Shown: piece after piece, positions 50,966-58,490 of the stretch
How the letters are laid out: every line of letters begins with the position of its first letter
Position numbering within the stretch: position 1 is the first letter of the stretch
From: an uncultured Alteromonadaceae bacterium
Lineage (GTDB): Bacteria > Pseudomonadota > Gammaproteobacteria > Enterobacterales > Alteromonadaceae
Assembly: GCA_947501935.1 (NCBI GenBank)
Contig: CANMXU010000015.1
Coordinates: 33,872 to 97,871, forward strand
Direction of reading: 5' to 3'
DNA length: 64,000 nt
Translations under genes and position numbers: made by a program
Notes under the pieces: model-generated
What the model was told of the DNA's origin: nothing
The model's input: the letters and a program-made list of their open reading frames with translations, nothing else
Database searches by the model: none

Positions 50966-53128
50966 TTAGTTCTCAACTAAATCCCAGTCATCGACATAAC
51001 TAGTACCTGACGAGCCATATACGTAAATTTCTGCTGACGTATCGGTTGAGCCGGTAGTGAAAGTTAAGCTTTTCTTAGTATAGCTACCTGATGTACTGGT
51101 AGTTGATAACTTGGTATTGCCGTAATTTCTTACATATAAGCCAATTTTACCTGTGGTTTTAACATAAGCACTTAAGGTGTAAGTGGTGTTTGGTGAAAGA
51201 CCAGTTACCGTAGTTTTAATATCACCGCCCGATGAAACTTCACCAGCAAAGCTACCAGTTCGTGCGTTATTACTAACTCGGTCAGCTATCCAATATGACC
51301 AAACTGTATTACCGTCTTCAAAGCCCGAATTTTCAAGTAATACAGTTGGCTCTGGATCAGGATCTGGCGTTGGCTCACCTGACGCTTCGTCGGCAGTAAT
51401 ACTGACATTATCAATAAAGGCTTTTTCAGCATTACGGTTACCACTAGTAGCAAACTGAATGGTTACTTGCGCTTTATTATCTGCTGCTGTTGGTAATGTG
51501 AAGGTTTTATTTGCCCAGCTACCACTTTGCGTGGTTTCAAGTGTAGTCCAGCTTGAACCGTCAACTGACCATTGCACAGTAAGGTTTTCACTACCGGCAA
51601 AGTTTAAAGTTTTACGGTCGTAAGCAATGCTCACATTTTCATAATCTACCGTAGAGAAGGTTTTACTTAAAACCGCACCATTTTTAACACGTGCACCATA
51701 GGTACCGTCTTTTGAGGCTGCCGTGGCAATTTCAGTAACACCACTGCCAGCATTTGTCCAACCACCCGCAGTTAACGTACCGCTTTCAAAGTCATCACTA
51801 AATAATGTAGACGTTCCTGAACCACCGCCAGTACCAGGATTTTCACCCGGTAAATAACCGTCAACATCGGTTGCCCAAGGCGAATCATCTTGAGTTAAGT
51901 CAACAATACTTGGATTCCACGTTGTGCCCGCGGCTTCATGCTCGGCAATAATATCGTTCGGTGCATCTTCACGGAACCAATGTTTAAAGTATCCTAGGCT
52001 TGAATGCACCGCGATACGTTCATAAGAATCATAAGTCATAAACTTAGCTTCGGCAGAGTCCATAGCTGCTTCGAACTCATTAAAACGATTACTGTTACCT
52101 TCGGCGTCAATTTCTTCCCACCAGGTTTCATACTCAGAGTCTTGCCATGCATCGTACAGATCATTTACTTCAGTTCCCATCACAATACGTTGATCACCCG
52201 CAATGGCGTCAGCTTGTGCTAACAATAACTCACCGTCACTTTTAAACTTGTTGGCATTTGAGGTGTAGTTCATAAAAGCAGCATGATTTGATACCGATAA
52301 TAAATGCTCAGATACGTATTTTTCTTGGCCGTTATAAGTTTCACGCTTCGATTTTATGTAAGAAGAAGGGTAAGTTTGCGAGAACAGGAACGGTCGAGCA
52401 CCTTGAGCCTCAAGTGTTACGTTCCATTCATCGGCACGGTCTTGTGCGGCTTTAACAAATTCAATAAGTGGATACATTAAATGTTGAGATTTTGGTTCTT
52501 GGTCATTTTGCACACCAACAAAACCAGCATCAGGATAAGCTTGGTTAAAACGACCTACTGCATCCATAATAGTTTCTGCGGCATGAATATGCTCATCGTT
52601 AGCGGTATCACCCATGTAATCAATGCTAACTTGCTTGTCACCATTTTCGTCATACCAAGTATCCCAAAGGTAGAATAACCCCCATACTTTGATATTTTTG
52701 GCATTGGCCTTGCGGATAAAGTTGGCTAAACGGTCTGCGTCTGGAATTTCGCCCGCTTGTAGCTCAGGGTCGTATTGCCAGATCATATTAGAGATATAAA
52801 TGGTATTGATAGATTTATTGGCATAAAAGTCTAACAATAAATCTTGAATATTTTTGTGGTTGTCTAAAAAGCGCTCTTTAACAGTTTCATTTGGCTGTGG
52901 GTCTGACGGATCCGCCATGTCCCAATATCGAGTGCGATTTTCAGAGCTTTCATTACCCGGTATCTGGTTGTAACGGTCAACTTCAACTGAATTCCATAAC
53001 CATACCGCACGACGTACATCTTTATCTAAAACATCCCAGTATTTATGTGCCGTATTGGCCGCAAGTACATTGGTTGTAAGTGTCGACAAAACTACACAAG
53101 CTAAACTTATGAATTTTTTCATCATCAT
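50966..53128 (-). CDS. Secreted protein: unrecognised ~430-aa N-terminal domain (possible TIM-barrel glycosidase-like) + the same beta-sandwich/CBM4_9-like C-terminal cassette
   Basis: 720 aa with signal peptide (MMMKKFISLACVVLSTLTTNVLA). The C-terminal ~285 aa align residue-for-residue with the other two paralogs. The N-terminal domain contains VQNDQEP and MGTEVND, reminiscent of clan GH-A acid/base and nucleophile strands (inference only). Confidence 0.85.
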   Translation of the reverse strand: MMMKKFISLACVVLSTLTTNVLAANTAHKYWDVLDKDVRRAVWLWNSVEVDRYNQIPGNESSENRTRYWDMADPSDPQPNETVKERFLDNHKNIQDLLLDFYANKSINTIYISNMIWQYDPELQAGEIPDADRLANFIRKANAKNIKVWGLFYLWDTWYDENGDKQVSIDYMGDTANDEHIHAAETIMDAVGRFNQAYPDAGFVGVQNDQEPKSQHLMYPLIEFVKAAQDRADEWNVTLEAQGARPFLFSQTYPSSYIKSKRETYNGQEKYVSEHLLSVSNHAAFMNYTSNANKFKSDGELLLAQADAIAGDQRIVMGTEVNDLYDAWQDSEYETWWEEIDAEGNSNRFNEFEAAMDSAEAKFMTYDSYERIAVHSSLGYFKHWFREDAPNDIIAEHEAAGTTWNPSIVDLTQDDSPWATDVDGYLPGENPGTGGGSGTSTLFSDDFESGTLTAGGWTNAGSGVTEIATAASKDGTYGARVKNGAVLSKTFSTVDYENVSIAYDRKTLNFAGSENLTVQWSVDGSSWTTLETTQSGSWANKTFTLPTAADNKAQVTIQFATSGNRNAEKAFIDNVSITADEASGEPTPDPDPEPTVLLENSGFEDGNTVWSYWIADRVSNNARTGSFAGEVSSGGDIKTTVTGLSPNTTYTLSAYVKTTGKIGLYVRNYGNTKLSTTSTSGSYTKKSLTFTTGSTDTSAEIYVYGSSGTSYVDDWDLVEN

Positions 53129-53935
53129 TATTCCTATTATTAATTATTATTGGTGACTACTTTTTTAAACCAAAATATCGAAAACAAAGCTAACTAAAGA
53201 CTCACTTCCCTTAGTAAGTTTTCTCCGTGAATAATTTAAATCTTTTGAAATCCATTTGATAAGCAAAGACAAGAAAGAATTAACAAGGCGCATACCGCCC
53301 CACACTTTCGATGACTTTCATATTTGTTGCAGATATTTTACAACTGAAGCATAATTCTTAATCAAAAATATTGCAAGAATTTTATAAAAACAAGATAAAA
53401 CAGACGAAAACAACACTAACACATTGTTAAATAAAGAATTTGAACCTTTGTCCAATGAAGTGAAAGCTATTCTATTAACATAATTGCACATGACGACAAT
53501 TGAAAAGAAATGGGAAGCATTCGAAACGCTAAACCATCCTCATTTGAAAAGCAAAAAGGTTATCACGCCATTACTTAACTGCTCCCTCTTCGAGATGAAA
53601 AAAAGTTAAGTTATTATTTTTAAATAGATTAATTAAATTGATAAATATCACTGAGTAGTAATTTTATTGATGAAAGCTTCTCTCTTACCCTGTTTTAGCT
53701 GCAACTTTCATTTCTATAACTAATCAAACTAAAGGTCAGCAAGCAAATTCTAAAAGGTACTAAAAAGGGTTTTTAACGCAAAATTAAACGCCATCTATCA
53801 ATGATGAATTTGTACATAAAATCAAAAAAATAATTAAATAGACGTTTAAAGGATAATTTAAGGCAAATAAGTTCAAGCTTAATAGCATAACTATTTAGCC
53901 TATTTAGTGAGCTATGTATGAGCTTTAAGGCGAGG

Positions 53936-54673
53936 TTAGTTTTTGTCGATAATATTACGGGTAAGCCGCGGGTAGTTAGTAAAAATACCATCAACACCTA
54001 GTAGCTGACAAAAGGCAATATCTTGGCTTTTATCCACTGTATATACATTAACTTTTAAGCCGCGTTGATGGGCATCGTCAACCAAGTTTTGGTTTAAACG
54101 TTCAATCGCGAGATTAAGCCCACAAACACCTAATTTCTCAGTAAAGGCGGCATAATCGAGCGGGCAACAAGCAATTAAGGCTGCCGTTTTTACATGAGGT
54201 AAACAGTGCTTTATCGCCACTAATAAATGATGATTAAAAGCAGAAATAACAAACTGCTCTAGTGAAAAGTTACTGACCTTAATCGCTTGAATAATTTCAC
54301 TGGCAAGAGCCTGTGCTATATGTTGAAGTTGCTCAACAGAGGTGGTGGTATCTTTGAGTTCAATGTTAACTAGGCAGCGGCCATTAATACAACCAAGCCC
54401 TTGCGCCAAAGTGGGAATGCCCTGCCCTTGGCCGGCATCTAAAGCTTGTAACTGCTCAAGCGAGTATTGCTCAAAATGACCACTGCCATTGGTGGTCGTT
54501 TCTAAGTAAACATCATGACGAAGAATAAACTCGCCACTGTGATGATAAAAAGCGTCAAGCTCTATCGCATCAACTTGTTGATTTATTGCTTGTTCAAAGG
54601 CCAGCAAGGTGTTTTCTGGAAAGTCACCGCTGGCGCCTCGATGCGCAATAATCTGCATTTTAGCTTTCGCCAT
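53936..54673 (-). CDS. Glycerophosphodiester phosphodiesterase (GDPD family, cytoplasmic UgpQ-like)
   Basis: [22 protein letters not shown]...DAIELD. Start is ambiguous (TTG 54679, ATG 54673, ATG 54658). The first two overlap the psd 3' end. Confidence 0.85.
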   Translation of the reverse strand: MAKAKMQIIAHRGASGDFPENTLLAFEQAINQQVDAIELDAFYHHSGEFILRHDVYLETTTNGSGHFEQYSLEQLQALDAGQGQGIPTLAQGLGCINGRCLVNIELKDTTTSVEQLQHIAQALASEIIQAIKVSNFSLEQFVISAFNHHLLVAIKHCLPHVKTAALIACCPLDYAAFTEKLGVCGLNLAIERLNQNLVDDAHQRGLKVNVYTVDKSQDIAFCQLLGVDGIFTNYPRLTRNIIDKN

Positions 54674-55571
54674 GCTCAATATTGCTGTTGCCGCTTACTT
54701 CACTAGCAGCACACAAATCAGCATAATGCTCACCTAAGCGTGTTACCGTTTCAGGACCCGCATTTTCATTGAATTTGATCATCTTCGGCGCAAAAGTAGA
54801 AACCACAGTTGAACCTAACTTAAAGCGCCCCATTTCATCACCTTTTTCAAAGTGAATAGCATCGACACCTGTAGCCGGGTATTTCCATCTAAAAATATCT
54901 TTTCCGGCTGGTGGAGTAATCGTGCCAGCCCAAGTAGTTTCAATACTGGCAACTATGGTTGCCCCTACTAATACCATCGCCATTTCGCCATGGGCGGTAT
55001 CAAATACGGCAACAACACGTTCATTGCGCGCAAATAAATCAGGCACATTGTTAGCCGTTAACGGGTTAACAGAGAATAATTCACCCGGCACATAAATCAT
55101 TTCACGCAAGGTTGCTGCCATAGGCATATGAATACGGTGGTAATCTTTAGGTGCTAAATAAATACAAGAGAATGTACCGCCTTGAAATGGTTTGGCCGTT
55201 GCCTCATCTCCACCTAATAAACTGGTTAAACTGTAATTAAAACCTTTGGCTTGAATTAATTGGCCGTCAACAATATCACCTTGCTGACTAATTGCGCCAT
55301 CTACTGGGTAGCATAAAGCATTTACATCAGGGTCGATTGGGCGTGCACCCTCTTCAAGTTCACGGGTGAAAAAGTCATTGAAGGTTTTAAAATCGCTGGC
55401 ATTTTTTAACTTGGCTTCACCCATGTTAATGCCATAAGCTTTAATAAATTTACTAATCAGTGCTGTGGTTAACCAACCCGCTTGTGCGGCGGCAAGTTTG
55501 CCCACTAAACGAGAAATAGCATGTTTAGGCATAACATACTGCAGGGCAATTTTTACTTTATCGAATGACAC
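54660..55571 (-). CDS. psd: Phosphatidylserine decarboxylase proenzyme
   Basis: 303 aa with the self-cleavage motif FKLGSTVV. Confidence 0.96.
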   Translation of the reverse strand: MSFDKVKIALQYVMPKHAISRLVGKLAAAQAGWLTTALISKFIKAYGINMGEAKLKNASDFKTFNDFFTRELEEGARPIDPDVNALCYPVDGAISQQGDIVDGQLIQAKGFNYSLTSLLGGDEATAKPFQGGTFSCIYLAPKDYHRIHMPMAATLREMIYVPGELFSVNPLTANNVPDLFARNERVVAVFDTAHGEMAMVLVGATIVASIETTWAGTITPPAGKDIFRWKYPATGVDAIHFEKGDEMGRFKLGSTVVSTFAPKMIKFNENAGPETVTRLGEHYADLCAASEVSGNSNIEHGES

Positions 55572-55600
55572 TAAGGGTTCCTTAAAATTTATTTAAAATA

Positions 55601-56638
55601 CTAATCATTAAAACGAGAGGTTAATTTGTTACTGTCTAAACTGGCCAGTATACGTTGAAAACTTGCTAAACGTTCGGCGCGAATATGTCCTTGTTCACCA
55701 GCTGCTATCAATGCACAGCCGGGATCTTTTTGATGTTTACAATCGCGAAATTTACAGCCACCAATATAATCAGCAAACTCAATAAAGCCATGGTAAACCT
55801 GCTCTGGCGTTAAATGCCATAAGCCAAACTCACGAATCCCCGGCGAGTCAATTAAGTCACCACCTTCAGTAAAATGGTATAAACGCGCAACGGTGGTAGT
55901 ATGTTGACCAAGGCCTGAGTTTTCCGAAACTTCTTTAGTTAATAAACCCAATTCTGGCATTAAGCTATTAACCAAGGTTGATTTACCAACCCCCGACTGA
56001 CCAACAAAAATACTGGTGTGATCGCTTAACTGCTCACGTACATTATCAATGCCTTCAGCAGTTTTGCTGCTAGCATAAATAATTTTATAGCCAATATCGC
56101 GGTAAATTTGTAACTGCGCTTCAATAGCCGCTTTATTATCATCAGCGAGCAAATCAATTTTGTTAAGCAATAACACCGGTGTAATACCGGTTTGCTCGGC
56201 TGCAACCAAGTAACGGTCAATAATATCGGCATTAAATACCGGCAATACTGATGACACAATAATTATTTGGCTTATATTGGCAGCAATTGGTTTTAAGCCA
56301 TCATAAACATCGGGGCGACTAAGCACTGAACGGCGCTCATGCACCGCTTCAATAATACCGCGAATACTGTGTTCGGTTTCTTTACCTAAACGCCATAAAA
56401 CGGTATCACCACAAACTAAAGATTTAACTGAACGACGAAGATTACAGCGATAACACTGTCCGTCTTGTGCTTCCACATCAGCATGCTGACCAAAACGACT
56501 GATCACGGTGCCCGTTTGCACTTCACCAAGCTCGTCATCTTGCCACTGCACGTTGTCTGCTTTAATGCGCAGTTTTTTGTCTCGATTTTCTTGAATGCGT
56601 CGATTCTGACCTTTGGTCAGTTTTCTAGTTTTAGCCAC
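55601..56638 (-). CDS. rsgA: Ribosome small-subunit-dependent GTPase A
   Basis: 345 aa with circularly permuted GTPase motifs (LLNKIDL, GQSGVGKSTLVN) and zinc knuckle CKFRDCKHQKDPGC. Confidence 0.96.
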   Translation of the reverse strand: MAKTRKLTKGQNRRIQENRDKKLRIKADNVQWQDDELGEVQTGTVISRFGQHADVEAQDGQCYRCNLRRSVKSLVCGDTVLWRLGKETEHSIRGIIEAVHERRSVLSRPDVYDGLKPIAANISQIIIVSSVLPVFNADIIDRYLVAAEQTGITPVLLLNKIDLLADDNKAAIEAQLQIYRDIGYKIIYASSKTAEGIDNVREQLSDHTSIFVGQSGVGKSTLVNSLMPELGLLTKEVSENSGLGQHTTTVARLYHFTEGGDLIDSPGIREFGLWHLTPEQVYHGFIEFADYIGGCKFRDCKHQKDPGCALIAAGEQGHIRAERLASFQRILASLDSNKLTSRFND

Positions 56639-56797
56639 GTGTTTGCTTCATTTTTTTGCACTTAAAATTCGATAAAGAATTTTTAACATCATTAATTGTC
56701 ACGTAGTATACTGTTTAATTAAGTATTCATCTATTTTTGTCTTCTTTGCGGTCACAAAATAGCTGTAGAACGTTTATTAAGGTACTAAAGGGTAATT

Positions 56798-57343
56798 ATG
56801 GCGCGTAGCGATTCAAATTTAATTTGGCTTGATCTGGAAATGACAGGCTTAGAACCACAAACGGATGTGATTTTAGAAATTGCGACCATTATTACTGACA
56901 GCCATTTAAATATTTTAGCTGAAGGGCCTGTTTTTGCTATTCATCATAGCAACGAGGTTTTAGACAACATGAGCCAGTGGTGTATTGAACACCATGGTAA
57001 GTCGGGCTTAACGCAGCGCTGTCGCGATAGCCAAACTTCCCTTGCCCAAGCCACCAAAGCTTCACTTGAATTTATTGAAGCATATGTGCCAAAGGGCGTT
57101 TCACCAATGTGCGGTAATAGCATTGGTCAAGATAGACGTTTTATTAATAAATATATGCCTGATTTTGAAGATTACTTCCATTATAGAAACTTAGATGTAA
57201 GTACCGTTAAAGAGCTTGCTCGTCGTTGGAAGCCAGAAGTATTAGATAAAGTGGTTAAAACAGGCGCACATTTAGCACTTGATGATATTCGCGAATCAAT
57301 TGCCGAATTAAAAGTTTATCAAGAGCATTTCTTTAAGCTGTAA
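56798..57343 (+). CDS. orn: Oligoribonuclease
   Basis: 181 aa, [11 protein letters not shown]...[11 protein letters not shown]. Confidence 0.97.
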   Translation: MARSDSNLIWLDLEMTGLEPQTDVILEIATIITDSHLNILAEGPVFAIHHSNEVLDNMSQWCIEHHGKSGLTQRCRDSQTSLAQATKASLEFIEAYVPKGVSPMCGNSIGQDRRFINKYMPDFEDYFHYRNLDVSTVKELARRWKPEVLDKVVKTGAHLALDDIRESIAELKVYQEHFFKL

Positions 57344-57434
57344 ACTTTTCCTCAACTTCAATGTTGAATAAAAAACTTGCAGGTCTGACCAGTTAAGCTA
57401 GAATGATTTTACCTTTAAATCATTCGAGCTTACT

Positions 57435-57920
57435 ATGGCTAACCGTTTTTCACGCGCTGTTACAGCAATTCATCGCTTACCTAAAGCACTACACCCTTTC
57501 TTATTAACGCAGCTATTTTGCTCACAAGTTAAATACGCTAAAACTTCAAAAATAAAACTTTATCATGTGAGTAATCATCAAGTTAAGTTGGGTGTTAACA
57601 ACGTAAAACGGGTGCAAAACCATATTGGCGGTGTGCATGCTATTGCCGCAGCGTTATTAGCTGAGTCGGCCAGTGGCATTGTTTTTGGCATGAATGTGCC
57701 TGATAACAAACTGCCATTATTAAAAAGCATGAACATTGAATATCAAAGGCGTATGCAAGGTAACCTAACCGCCATTGCCACCATAAATGACCAACAAATT
57801 GCAGAAATAGAAAATAATGAAAAAGGCAGCTTTTTTATTCATATTGAAATAACCGACGAGTCGGGTGAACAACCTATTGTTTGTAAAATGGATTGGGCGT
57901 GGGTAACTAAAAAGAAGTAA
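57435..57920 (+). CDS. Hotdog-fold thioesterase-like protein (DUF4442/YiiD_C-like)
   Basis: 161 aa. The pattern NHIGGVHAIAAALLAESASG fits PaaI/DUF4442-type hotdog proteins. Confidence 0.7.
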   Translation: MANRFSRAVTAIHRLPKALHPFLLTQLFCSQVKYAKTSKIKLYHVSNHQVKLGVNNVKRVQNHIGGVHAIAAALLAESASGIVFGMNVPDNKLPLLKSMNIEYQRRMQGNLTAIATINDQQIAEIENNEKGSFFIHIEITDESGEQPIVCKMDWAWVTKKK

Positions 57921-58016
57921 AAGCAAATAAATACCCAGACTATATAACGGCTATCCTTGATAGCTGCTAATATGAGCTAACTTTCTATTTGTCTCAACGA
58001 TTTAAACTGCTTACTT

Positions 58017-58490
58017 ATGAAAAAAATTGCCATTTTTGTTGATGTTCAAAACATTTATTACACCACTCGCGATGGCTTTAGCAAACAGTTTAACTACCGT
58101 AAGCTTTGGCAATTGCTCAGTGAAGAAAATGAAATTATACTCGCCAATGCTTACGCGATTCAGCGCAGTGACGACCAACAACATAAATTTCAAAAAGCGT
58201 TAAAACACATTGGCTTTAACGTAAAATTAAAACCTTTTATTCAACGCAGTGACGGCAGCGCCAAAGGCGACTGGGATGTAGGTATTACTATTGATGTAAT
58301 GGAAGCCGCCCCAGAAGTAGATGAAGTTATATTGCTTTCAGGTGATGGTGACTTTGACTTGCTGCTTCGAAAAATAAAATCAAGCTACCAGGTCGCAAGC
58401 CATGTTTATGGTGTGCAGCAACTTACCGCTAATTCATTAATTATGGCGGCAGATACATTTACCGCCATAGATGACAATTTACTGCTTTAA
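58017..58490 (+). CDS. NYN-domain (LabA/DUF88-like) protein
   Basis: 157 aa: KIAIFVDVQNIYY...DVGITIDVME...VILLSGDGDF, an acidic-residue pattern typical of NYN/LabA nucleases. Confidence 0.8.
   Translation: MKKIAIFVDVQNIYYTTRDGFSKQFNYRKLWQLLSEENEIILANAYAIQRSDDQQHKFQKALKHIGFNVKLKPFIQRSDGSAKGDWDVGITIDVMEAAPEVDEVILLSGDGDFDLLLRKIKSSYQVASHVYGVQQLTANSLIMAADTFTAIDDNLLL

Noticed and set aside
53773-53997. 74-aa minus-strand ORF overlapping the 3' end of the GDPD gene
   Set aside because: Its composition is AT-rich and Leu/Ile/Lys/Asn/Phe-biased, typical of random ORFs in AT-rich DNA. It overlaps a real gene's end and has no RBS.
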